A stretch of 63,747 bases of DNA, counting the filler, from Licmophora abbreviata (taxonomy: Eukaryota): the NCBI GenBank assembly GCA_900291995.1. It is 6 parts of 6 records of this genome, joined end to end, with 100 filler letters (N's around TTAATTAATTAA, not from the genome) between each part and the next. Parts side by side here need not be neighbours in the genome. Positions count along the whole stretch, not along the records: positions 20,000 to 36,678 come from OLMU01004842.1; 5 more parts are not named here. One strand, given 5' to 3'. The notes under the pieces were generated by a model, which was not told where the DNA came from, did not search any database, and was given only the letters and a program-made list of their open reading frames with translations. Position numbers and translations under genes: made by a program. Below, piece after piece: positions 21,843 through 34,128 of this stretch; the first letter of the stretch is position 1; every line of letters begins with the position of its first letter.

Positions 21843-23849
21843 ATGGAAAGGCTCGCATCAGTCTTGATTTTTCTTGGCTTTCTGGCCGTGACAACCGCGG
21901 CGTTTTCGCTCGTGCCTCATGCTACTACCCACACAAGTGGACCAAGGAAGGTCAGCGCTTCACCTTCTCTCGTCTCTTCCTCTCGATCTATCGTTCGCTT
22001 TGTATCAGATAACGACGATGCCACTGACAGTATGAACGAAGAATGGAGCGATTTCGCGGAACTCCCGCAAGATATCGGGAGCGACTCGACTCCAAAACTC
22101 GGCATTCCCATTGAGCTGGATCCACTCACCGAGCAAGAAGCAATGGAACTAAAGGCTGAGGCAACCGAGCTTATCAATGAAAAGATTGCGCAAGGCGTCG
22201 ACGATATTCGCGTGCTGCGAGAAGAACTACAGAAAGAGCTAGTTGAGGCACAGAAACTATCGACGTTGCAGAGTGAGCGACGAACGCAGCAAGAGAGCGA
22301 TCGGTTAATGAGCAAGATTGACAGTATTACGTCAGATTTTCTAGGAAAGACTGAGTCGATGCGGACCAGTACCAAATTGGCGGCCAAAGCAGATCAGAAT
22401 AGTGCTGGCAAGGGTGCAGAATTTGGATCTTGGGGAGTGCTGTCGGGTGGAGCGGCCGTGCGTATGAGCGGAAGCAGTGTTGGAACCCTGTTAGGAAGTG
22501 TCGATGCGGCCAAGAAGAGCACCGAATCGGCTACTAGTACTTCGGCAGACGCGAGTGCACAATCAGCGGGTACAGAGAGTCGAGTATTGATTGTTGCTGA
22601 TGCATCTCAGGTACGCGTGGTTTGACTTGCTTGTGTGTCGCTCCCTCATTGCCGCCAATCGAATGCAGACTCACGACGCTCCGTCGTCGCTCCTAAATGT
22701 CGCCAGGATCCCCTTGCCAAAAAACTCATTCCTTCCTTCACAGAGATTCTGCAAGATGTGATTCCGTCTGTCAGCGTTGAAATGATCAAACCCACGTCCA
22801 CTGTGCCACTTGGAGGGGACAATGCTCAATGCGTCGTTGTCTTCACGACCTCCTACAATGATCGTTCCGGATTGCAGAATGCCTTGGATCGACTGATGAG
22901 ACGCACAATGCAACCAGGTGGTGGTGTAGCCACTCCGCCAACTCAGTTGGTTTGTGTATCGACCCTTGGGACGGAACGAACCGACAAGATGCCGTACAGC
23001 ATGCAGAATCTCATGGGCGGAGGGAAACTAGAGAAGCGACGGCAAATGGAAGAATGTGTGATCAAAGCTGTTCAACAGCGTGTAACGGACCCGCCTCTCG
23101 ACTTTACCATTTGCAAAGTATCCGAGCAGCTATCGGAGAAGAAGGGTGGAGATTTTGTAATGAAGCCTGGCGATGTCTTGGACGGAGCGACTGACGCAAC
23201 AACAGCCGCTTATGTCTTGATGCAAGCTGTGGCGCTCCAGCCCGCTGCTCGCAACTCAACACTGTGTGTGACGGGATGTCTGGACGAGAGTGACTTAATC
23301 AATGATGAAATGTGGAACGATGCCTTCTTGCAGCTTGATGGCCCGGAACTGCTGCGTATCGACGATGCTAGTATGCTGGGAGACTCGTCCAAGTTCCAAC
23401 AACTTGTCGAGTACATGAACGAATGGGCGTTGATGCTGGAGTCAGGACAAAAGCTCACCACACCAATCCGAGTAGAGTCGTCGAGCACACCGCCCAATCC
23501 ACAGTACGAGGGGGCCGCGCAACGGGGCGGTGTGAGATTGTTGTTTTTGCCCACGAGAACGGGAAGCGCGTACTTGAGTCGAGACGAGGAGCAGGCTAGG
23601 GAACGTGACCTGCGAGGCGGCGGCGCTACTGGTGCGAACAGTGTTTCTTCCAGTAAGGCACCACCCACCAAGAGCAGAAAGCGGGAGGGTGGCATCGAGG
23701 TTTTGGTAGAAGTAACAACCACGGATGCCTTACGGGTGAGAGCAAGACGGTGCAACATGGCGGACGAGACAGTCGTAAAGGAGCTGAGTGAAGAGACGAT
23801 TCTGAAGCGCTTGACAGAGAGTATCGACGTATGGCAAAAACAGCTGTAA
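21843..23849 (+). CDS. Plastid-targeted protein: coiled-coil + degenerate NAD(P)-binding (TIC62/atypical SDR-like) region, 2 exons
   Basis: Exons 21843-22610 and 22707-23849; signal + TAAF presequence; VCVSTLGTERTDKMPYSMQNL..KRRQMEE resembles atypical SDR beta4-alpha4. Confidence 0.65.
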
Positions 23850-25152
23850 GAAAATAAGAGCCAGGGAACTAGAAAGTTAGATATCAGCTTTTGGAACGGG
23901 ACTAGGTATGGTACCCATATCGCCGACCCGAAGCCGGTGCGTCTTGTTGCACCCTACAAGCGGTCGACTGAAACTTGCTAGACGTAGTACTAGCTGTTCG
24001 AAGAGTGCCCTGTTACCAGTCTTCGCGTGAGCAGCTTAGCCAGCTCTCTAGGTGGCTTATCGCTGCGGCAGCTGGTGATAGTGGGGGCGATCTCTCAAAG
24101 CTGCGATATTCCAAAACCTGAACTACTAACCTACTCTACCTATGAGTTGTTATTACTTCACAGGTCGCTCGTACCGGTATGGAGAACGAGCTACGAGGGC
24201 CACGAATCAAATGCTGGACGACGGACAGATCTTGAAGTAATGGCGTAGAAATTGGTATTCTTTCTACGAGATCGTACAAGTTGTACCGAATTGTACGCAG
24301 TATCACACGTACGTAAGAGAGGATCGCGAGGCAGTCGGCCATCACAGCCAACGCGAGAACATCTCCCGATACGACCCCGCTGTCAGCACAGCCTGTGCCC
24401 TGCAGTCCTTTTTTCGGGTTCAAATGAAGGAAAGGGTCATGGAAGAAAAGGCCGCTGACGATCCTACTTTCAAAAAAGGTTCTTTGGGGGGTGAGAACGC
24501 CGAGAAGAATGAAGTTGGCTCTTTCGCGCTGATGGGTCAGGAATCAGGAATTCCATTTCACCTTCGACCAACACCAAATCCTCTGGCGGTGAGTTCCTCT
24601 TGTGCGCCTGTGATATTCTGTGAACCGTGCTCGTGATCGGCGGCATTCCACATTTCAGTCAAAAATTCAGAGTACACGTCACAGGCATACGACCGACCAA
24701 TCATGTTGCACGACGTAGGCTTTGTTCGCGTACGTGTTCTTCCGGGTTACTGAAATTGAGACTTGAAACCACTCGCACGTGCATAAGTTTTTTCGTCACT
24801 CTTGGAGTTTGTATGTGAGGAACACTGACGATGTTCAGCTTTGTGAGCTGTGATTGGTTGCAGCACTTCAAGGAACAGTCGCAGATTGGATCGCGAAAGA
24901 CGTCAAGGAAAAGGATTTGCTCCGCGGATCTCCATTGCCTCCATAGGACCGCTTTTGTGTTGGCTTTGTTGAACCTATTTCCACTGAATTTTGCCTCCTG
25001 AGGCCCTCCGAAGTTCCCAATCAAGTTGTTTTCACCGCGTTTTCCCATTAGAATCGCTCGGCGTTTGAGCTGACCCAGTCTTTTTACATACGAAAACCAC
25101 AACATATCTACAGGCTTCGATACCTCCTTCAGAGACATCAGACTTCCCAAAA

Positions 25153-28100
25153 ATGGCCTCTTCATCTTCGCTAGTTATGAGCTTGACCCGTGAGAGCTCG
25201 GGGACACGGCTTTTGCGCCCAACACTGGACGAAGGCCCCCCGGTGAAGAAACTGAAGCTACAAAGCCAAGATTTGACAGTCGGAGTGCGACGAGAGTCAT
25301 CTGAATCAAGGCGGACCCCCGGAGAAGCGGCAGGATCTTCCTCCGCTACACCGAGTGAACCCTCAGAAATCGACGAGAGCTCCGCAAAACACGTCTCGTC
25401 GGCAAGTGGTGCGAGCTCATCGGAGGGTTCGATGAGCGCTTGCAGTCTGGAACCAAGGACTCCGGGGGGCACATCGACTTCCGAAGCTCTGTCTCCGAAC
25501 GTTACCAATACTGGGACGGCCTCTTCTACTGGCGAGAAGCCAGCGGCTGCTCAGCATGCTTCATTATCCTCGCTACCCACGCCTCTGGTTGAAGATAGTG
25601 ACTTTCCCATCAAAGCCACAAAGATGGTACATCTGCGCGGGAAGTACTCTGAGGAGCTCAAGTACATGCTGAAAGAGTTTCGCAAGCTAGAACGACAGTT
25701 GCTGGGCGCCGCTGGGAGTGGAGCGCCTGTGAAAGAAACGGAAGGCTCACGAATGCGACGAGAGAAACTTCATTCGTTCATTCTGCATTTGGAAGACTCT
25801 ATACGACAGATTGCGTTAGGCTGTCAGTTGGAAGCCGATGGGAAGAGCACTGTCTTGATTGGGGTGACCGTAGGCGAGGGGTCTACGTCGACAGCAGCAA
25901 TGGCCAGCGCTGGCGGAGCCGCTACAGACATATCATCAGAAGAGGCCAGGCAGTCATTAGCTAACTCCTCCGCCCTCTCCAAGTTATCCGAAGAGAAGGA
26001 GGAGGAGGAGAACGTACAGAAACTCGAAGAGCACATTTTGGGGAATCTACTGCCCGTCAAGCAACGCCTAACAAAACAGTTGGCCGCGCAACAAGGCGCC
26101 TCGCGAAACCCTGTAGGTATGCCTGCTTCGCGACGAGGAATGTTGCAGCCTTCCATGTCCGCCGACAAGGGAAAAGGGACTTTCGCAGCAGCGGCGGAGC
26201 AGAAGAGGAAGCGGCTCGAAGCGGCCCAGACGGAGTCTGCGGATGACACTCAATTCGGCAAGCCCATCGTTGGGGGCGCATCTTCGCTGACCCAGAAGCT
26301 CCATGGATCAACTCTTGGTTCAAAAACTCGGATACACGGCCATGGAGTGGGCTCGTCAAAAGAAAGAAATGATGAGCCGCCCACAGATAGCCTGAAAAGC
26401 GAAAAGAAGCGTAATGTACTATATGCAGGGATGGCTGCAGGAAGTACCCAGAAGCAGTCTGGCCTGTCGGCAGCTTCAAGTGTCCATAAGGTCACCTTCG
26501 AAACTCCGGCTCTTCTGCCGCCTCCTTCGCCTCTCAAAGTCGAGTCCTCACAAACAGGACCTGATGATGCGATTCAGACACCAATAATGCCAGATGCCAA
26601 GACGATGGCCGCAAGACATGCTGCCGCCGCAAGGGCGGCAGGCCTCCCTGTCAAAGAGCCTGGGGTGGCTTTATCTGTACCTGTCAGTACACTTCTCGAC
26701 GGGGACAAGAAACGCTCGAGGAAGTCTCCCCCGCTCGAAGACGACGAGCGGAAGAAGCTTCTTCTCAAGAAGAAGAAAAGGCGCAAGAAGCAACAGCAGC
26801 GGCATGATGCCAAGGCTCGCGAACGAGAGCGCCATCTACAGATGATTCGGAAGCAACAGAGCGCTCCAGCGAAAACTCAAGGGAAAAGAGGAAAAGGTGG
26901 CGGTGCAAAGGGCCAGGGGAAGAAGAAGGGCCCACGAGCTGTCGAATATATTTGTGTGTTGTGCAGCGAGACGTATGGCTCGACATGCGACGCGAATCCA
27001 TGGTGGGCACTGACGTCGCACGACTGTCCAAAGTGTCGGAAATCGCAGGTAAGAGCCGATGCGCAACACACAGAAAGTTATAACAACTGGAACTCACTCG
27101 ATGGCAACTTTGTAGATCCCAAGGGTCGATATCTCGGCGAGAGCGAACCAGATCGAATACCACCCGGCACTCCTTGCCCACGCAGACGACGGGAATGCAA
27201 GTGGAACGTCTCATGGCGGAAGCATGGGGGTAATGGAGATTAATCCTGCACATTTGCACCCTCACCCCGTACCGCGAAAGCCACAAACGGCAACCAGCTC
27301 GGATAGTGACTCTGACCTAAGCGATATCTCGTTAACTGGATTATCGGACGACTCGTCCTACAATTCGGACTTGGACTTTCCGGGTGGACTAACACCGGCC
27401 GATCAGGCTGAGAATGAGGAGTTTGGAAGTGACTACACGGGTCCTAAGTTCACAGAATACGAATCAGCTCGTCTCCTGGTTCTCATGGAACACGCGTCGT
27501 CGTGTCCGGGAAGGTACGCTGCCCCCGCGCAACGGCTTGAACAGCACGTGGCCTACTTCTTACTTTCTATCACGATGTTTCTCGCTCATAGGCACAAGCA
27601 CCTCAAGCAGCGAGATGTCTGTCGAAGCGTCAAATATATGATGCTGCACGCGCGAGACTGCCCGGGGACTACTTCCACATACGATGTCTGCCCTTTCCCT
27701 TGGTGTCGAAAAGTGAAACATCTTCTCGGCCATCTGGTTTCGTGTACAGGACCGACGGACTGTGCAGTATGTTCGCCGCCAGGACTGTCGCCGAACCTCA
27801 GGGCTTTGATAGGTTTAAGCAGGCACCGGAGACAAAAGCTCCAGGAACGACGATCGAGAGCCATGGCAGTGGCTGCGGCAGCTGCTCGAGCAACGCCGGC
27901 TTCAAAGTCAAGGGGAGGCCGAATTCCCGCCTCTGGGTGCTGCGGATCTACCAAAAATGGACCCCCCACTCAAGTAAAATTGTCAGATGGGTCTGTTTCC
28001 TCCGTAAGTGCTCAGGGAACAATCAGCGCAATCAGACCCGGCGCTGCCAGTCTTTCTGCGAAGGCGCGAGCGGCTGCTGGCTACCACCCGCCGTCTATTT

Positions 28101-28804
28101 TATCGTCATGTCCTGAACCCCATCTGTCACAGTCTTCATCGACTTCGAAGCCATCGCATTCGACTGCTTCGCGAGCAGTCGATCCGGGAGGACCAAACGC
28201 GGCTGTTCGAGATTCTGCACCAGATTTTGGCACGCCGATAGCATATACGATCGCTGCAGCACAAGACACAATTGACTCTGTTCTGCCAGCAGAACTCTTA
28301 GAGGATGAGTCTGGCATTGAACCCATCAGTGTGACGCAGGAGTCAGGAGCAAGGCAGGGGTCGGCACCTGAGAGAATCCTCCCAGTGACTAGTAATAGCA
28401 GTCATGCAGAAACGACCGCGGCATTCGATCCTGAAGAGGCAGTCGTAAACCAAGACGTTGACGAGATTCCATCGGATTTAGTAGCAGAGAATCACGCTGC
28501 AACGGTTCCAGTCTCAACCAAGACAGACGCGAAGGACGACACTCCCGCGCTGACCACTGATTCGGGCATGCAAGCGAAAGATAAGAAGGACGAGGTTGAT
28601 GAAATGCAGTCCAAGATGACCGAAGAGTGCATGCAGACTCAAGCGGACGTTGAGACAGATGCCCCGCGAGTACCGAAGAACGATGATAATGTGATGGTTC
28701 AGGAGTCGAAGATCGCTTCATCGCCAGTTGCTGGTGCAGAGAAGGCGTCGACGTGCTCGGAGGAGGTTGTGAAGAAAACGGAATGTGTAAGAATGAGCTA
28801 TTAG
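25153..28804 (+). CDS. Large nuclear protein with C2C2 zinc ribbon and TAZ-type zinc finger, 3 exons
   Basis: Exons 25153-27048, 27116-27513, 27592-28804; poly-Lys NLS-like tract; CVLC..CPKC; TAZ-like LLVLMEHASSCPG..C..VKYMMLHARDC..CPFPWC..HLVSC..C..C. Confidence 0.75.
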
Positions 28805-28986
28805 AACGCAGATGTATACTCTCACTTTCTCCTAGAAGTAGATGGAGCAGCCAACGGCAAGGCACGCTCTCATTGGTCTATCGATTACACTGCGCTATCA
28901 GATTGAAGATTCGTGACACCACCCAAGCTCTTGACTCCGTGCACTCAGGAAGCGGCTATACCCAGTGGCAAGATCGTGTTGGGAGA

Positions 28987-31900
28987 TTATGCTGAACCAT
29001 CTTTGCCATTGGATTCTCCTGACAAAACAACGGACTCGGCTCTTGCCTCGTGGCCCTCCCCGTTCGATTTGACCTGCGCAATCTCGATATCAGTTGGACT
29101 CGTCTCTACCGGTACCAGGCCGTTGCCCGACATGGGAAAACTTCCTTCTGTGCCCCCGTTCTCTTTGCCAGACTCGCCTCCACCGTCATGCAGAGACGCC
29201 GTAGTTATTTGCGGAGAAATAGCTTCCTCGCCTTCACCATGGATTTGTGAAGTTTCTTCGTTGCGTGCACTTCCCCCGCCCACTCCCGCCAAAGTTCCGA
29301 CGCCTCCATCAGTGGAGTCCGTCTCAGAAGACTCAATAATGGAGCTGTGTGGCGTCACATCAGACTTCTGATCCAGATCCTCTCCCGCATTTGTTGTTGG
29401 AGCATCAGATTCGACAGTTGCTCCATTTGCCGTTAGTTTGTATTCCAGCTTGCGCTCAAGTACTGTCATGGCCGTAAATTCCCATGGTCGGACTCCCTGC
29501 AATCTGTTTAAACTCTTAGTCATGGCTTCGATTTCTAGTAGCATTTGTTTCTTTCCTTCATCCGTCTTCGGAAACGAGAAGGTGGGTGATTTGTTCGGAT
29601 CGGCAACGCCAGCCGCTGCTGACGCGATGAACAATTCGGGCAACTTCTGGTCGACATATGCAAATATGCGGGAGAACACATCCTGCAAGTGATCCGGTGG
29701 CAACAAAGCACTCAACACCTGGTGCATCTTTTTCGTGTTGCTAGAGACACCGTCAAGAAAGACGCAGCAGGTAACAGTCGAATCGACCGTCCCCAAATCC
29801 GCTTTGCCTCGCTCGTCGAACTCGGTATTGTTGATGTGTGGTGCCAATCCATGTTCGACGATACCCGCGATGATCGTGACAAATTTGTTGAGGACCTTCT
29901 CGTTGTGTTCTATATACTCTTTTTTGATTTTGTCGAGATCATTGAGGAGAGTATGCTGCTTGGTCGGTAGCTGTGCCATGAGCGATGCGCGAACGTGGGG
30001 AATGATCGCGATGATCATACCGAGGCACTGGGTAACCAACGAAAGATGCTTGGCGTTGATGGACTTGAGGCGTGCGGCGGAATGGATTGCACCAGCCCCC
30101 AACACAAGCTGCGTCGATCTCGAGTTGAACAACCGAAGAAGCTCAGCGACCTTCCCCACAGCGTTTGTGGCTAAAGCCTGAAAGTGAGTCGCGCAGACCA
30201 TGTTGGTCATGACCATTTCCACCAACAGAAGACATGACCAGACAACTTTATAGCGCACGCCCTCGACTTCAGCCTCCATCTTTTTGTCGGAAGAAGACTG
30301 CGCACTTTCTCCGGACAGACCCATACCCATGCTGGTTCGTTTGGACGGTGTCGACCACACGGCTCGGCCTTCACACAATCTCGTCAGCGCCGCTTGCCTC
30401 TCGACCGATACCTAAGAGTAAGAAAACAGTGATGCACCGTTAGCAACACGAGGAAGAAGAGATCCGAGAAATTGCGCTCATTCTGAAAACTCACATCGCA
30501 CTGAGTCCATCGCTCCGAGTCGAGCGCCGCTGCAAGAGACGACATGTTCGCTTCGTGTTTTCTCTCCACAAATGCCTTTGCCTGTGTCAGAAGTGTACTC
30601 CGAAGTCCAGTAGCCTTGAAGTGGCTCAGTCTTTCAAGCTGTATCGTAAATCCAATGCACACATCCCACAGACGTTTCATTTCATTGAGTGTCACCAATG
30701 AGTGAGCCTCCTTGCGCAATCTCAGCAGCTCTGATATTGACCTGGAAGAGAGCTCCGCAGATGAAGTGACCGCTTCGGCCGTGACCGATGTCTTCTTACC
30801 CTCGTCCCCTGTGCTGTTGCCAACGTAGCCGAAATGAAACTTCTGTTCCCCACAAAACTCATCAACACCCACGGCCGACTTGAGTAGTGCCATAAGCTGT
30901 TCGAAGAGCATATCCAGACAGTCGAGGAAGCGCTCCAGCGTCATGCTGGTGACACCAACCTTTACAGATGCGTCCGTCTCCTCGGCAAATTCTCCCACGG
31001 TCGTTCGGACCGTCACTCGTATCACGTCGTTCAATCGAGAAACATAGAGCTGTCCAGTCTTTTCTAAATTTTGACATACAGTCAGAGAAGCGACAACATC
31101 TTGTACTCGAGGCTGCACTTCGGACACTTTGAAATTTGGCGTGGCATTCCAACCCAAGAAAATTTCCACCAACTCGTCTCCTAGATTTGCCACCACAAGT
31201 GACTCGTACTGGCTCAGCTGATCTCCCACAGTACTCAATGCCTGCAATCGACCTAGCTCAACAACGTCTTCTTCTTCCAATGTCCCATCAAGTAGCTTTC
31301 GGCCATACTGTATTTGCTCAGCTGCACTCTGATCATCATTGGCACTCAACAAACCACCAATACTAGACTTGCATCTCAACACTTCATTGGCCCCCTCCAA
31401 TACATCTCGCAGCACATGCAAATCTTTGCGTTGCTTGTCCAAGAGCGGAATCAATTCCCAGGCCACAACACTCTTTTCTTGCACATGATCCAGGACACTC
31501 CGCACCCTCTGCACTTCCTGCACCAGCGATGCAATCCAATCCTTCAATTGCCCGAAACGATTTGTTTCATGGAAAAAGGCTGTCGACCGAGATCTCACTT
31601 GCTTTAGTAACGCCAATTCAACCTTGTCAAGCAATCCGGTAAAGTGATCGGGTGGTGGCAACTGCAACAAATTCCGAGTCGGTACTGACAATGCGTCCGG
31701 CAGGTGTGACAGGTCTTCCGCGGGTTCCAACGGGACCGCGTCAGGAGCATCCTCGTCTCTGCCGACCAACAATTCACAAAACGTCTTGGAGTCCGTCAAG
31801 TCAAAGTAAGTTTGAAAGAAAATAGGCAAAATGATTTCTTCCAGCTCGGCCATGTCGGAATCTTCTTCTTCTTCTTCTTCTTGGGCACCCGCGCCTCCCC

Positions 31901-32642
31901 TACCATTGCTTGTGGCAGTATTCGCCAGAGGTTCTTCGAGACTATCGTTTTCACCCCAATGCCACTTTTCTCTTTCTCGCGATCGCCGATGAAACTGATG
32001 CGACAATTCTCCCGATTCTTGTAAATACTGCTGGACTGTATTGAGCTTCAAGTTGGCCATTTCCGGAGGCAGCTCTTCCAATTGTCCCATGATTTCAGTA
32101 GGCGGAATGTACTCCTCGTAGTCTTCGTAAATATTACCAAGGTATTGTCTGGACCAGGAGTCAAAGACAGTGTTGATGGCATCAATTTGGTCTGTAACAG
32201 CCTGGAGTGTGTGTTCCAACAAATGGAGCGAGTCGGCTGCAAAATCAAACGACGAGTTTCGGTCATGAGGAAGGCTCGAGGAGGATGCCGATGCCATGCT
32301 TGTCGTCGTCGCAGGTCGACGGGTGACTGAATTACTGCTGCTGCTGCTGCTGCTGAAAGTAGCAGCAGCGGGCGACGAAAAAGTCCCACCACCACCATGC
32401 GAGGACGGTCCCTGCAGACTTCCACCCCTCGGATTCGCCACGACACCGAGCAGATTAAAGCCGTCCAATGGAGATGTGAGAGCGTTCGTGACTTGCTCCG
32501 CTTCTCGCAACGCTCGTTCTCGGTCTGAAAGCTCTTCTCCTTCTTCTCCGTTGTTGCTGATTTGGTTCCTTGCAGCAGCCACGTCCAGAGACGAGCCTGA
32601 AGCAGCGGCAGTGCCCCGCGTGTCTTCTACCGACTGGTCCAT
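28987..32642 (-). CDS. VPS54: GARP complex subunit Vps54, 2 exons
   Basis: Exons 32642-30495 and 30411-28987; LDKVELALLKQV..FF, LDSERWTQCDV, LLRLFNSRSTQLVLGAGA..LKSINAKHLSL. Confidence 0.9.
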
Positions 32643-33170
32643 GTAGGTGTGTGTGTGTGTGTTGGACCAAAATTCCAAATTTTGTTGATTTTTGAGAGCA
32701 ATGACAGAAGTACGATTTTCGTCGCAGCTAGCAAGCACAACACGAAATTAAGAGTCTTGGGAGAAGTCAAACACAAGCTAGTATCGACAGCGGGCTCCTT
32801 GTTGCCCAACTTTGTAGGATGGAGGTCCAACGGCACAGCTTTGGTCGAATCTGTTGTCTGTGTCGCTCGTGCCTGCGCGTGTGCCGGGATGGCTTGCGAT
32901 GACCGGCGTCGGCGATGGACTCTCCGGGTCTTCTCTCGTCTCGAGTTCGAAAAACTATAACTCTTCATGAAGACCTCGTACGTTCCCAAGTTGAAGGCAA
33001 ATCTTTTCTTCCCTTTTCGTCGAAGTTTGAAAAATTGGAATGTTTTTTCCTCTTGGTCTTTTTCTTCTCTTCTTCTTCTTCTTCTTCTTGTGTGGCCACG
33101 TACTGATGATCTCTCAACAGTCGTCTACGTAATCACATTCAAAATCGAAAGGTAGAACGTCCGAAACACC

Positions 33171-33889
33171 ATGAAGATCGCCGCTTCCCTGCTTGTCATT
33201 GCCGGCTCCGCCGCTGCGTTCGCCCCTGCCCGTCAGCAGACCCACCGTTCCTCTTCGGCTCTTCAAGCGAAACCATTTTCCGATGCGCTTGGTGCTCAGC
33301 CTCCGGTACGTACTGTGCTAGTAAAGAATAATTAGTGCGTAAGTGGCACCCTTTCATTGATTTCGCACTCTCATCCTCACTGCCACTCACATTCACCACA
33401 CAGCTCGGTTTGTTCGATCCTCTTGGACTGATCGCAGATGGCGACCAGGAAAAATTCGATCGTCTTCGGGAGTACGAGATCAAGCACGGCCGCGTTGCCA
33501 TGCTGGCGGTCGTTGGATACCTCACAACCGCGGCAGGAATTCGATTCCCCGGCGCCGAGGGCATCCCCGATGGACTTGCTTCGTGGCAAGCTCTGCTCGA
33601 TACATCGGACGGGATGAATGTATTGATGCAAATGGGAGCCTTCTTCGTCGTGGCCGAAATTGTCAACCGCGATGCCGACTGGTTGGACAACAAGGCCGAG
33701 TTTGTTGGAGACTACCGTAATGGTGCTCTTGACTTTGGATGGGACAGCCTCAGTGAATCTGCCAAGTTGAGCAAAAGGGCCATCGAATTGAACAATGGAC
33801 GTGCGGCCATGATGGGCATCTGGGGACTCGTCACTCATGAAGCCATGGGAGTCTCCATCTTGCCGGGAGGAGTTCTTCCGGGACAGTAA
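33171..33889 (+). CDS. Fucoxanthin-chlorophyll a/c binding light-harvesting protein (Lhcf-like), 2 exons
   Basis: Exons 33171-33305 and 33404-33889; MKIAASLLVIAGSAAAFAP presequence; FDPLGL..EIKHGRVAMLA, ELNNGRAAMMG. Confidence 0.95.
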
Positions 33890-34128
33890 GATGTTCTTGT
33901 CGAGAGTGCACCTGTTAGGCTAATGCTACTTTTCTAGAGACGCTTTAGACCTGCCACTGCTACTCTCTAGGGCACCTACTCCCCTGTGCACATTTGTAGA
34001 GTAGAATGTCGTCAAAACTCGAGACTCGGGTGTACACTGAAAAACGAGGCCTTACAGTATTACTCTTTCTACACACACGAAATCATAGCGCTCTTACATG
34101 TAACCCTCCCGCACTCACTCACACCACT

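Noticed and set aside
23850..25152. Short ORFs or RNA genes in the 1.3-kb intergenic region
   Set aside because: No coding signature and no tRNA/snRNA structure recognised; probably promoter and long 5' UTR
31860..33089. (CTT)n, (CTG)n and (GT)n tracts
   Set aside because: Ordinary microsatellites encoding poly-Glu/poly-Ser or lying in UTRs
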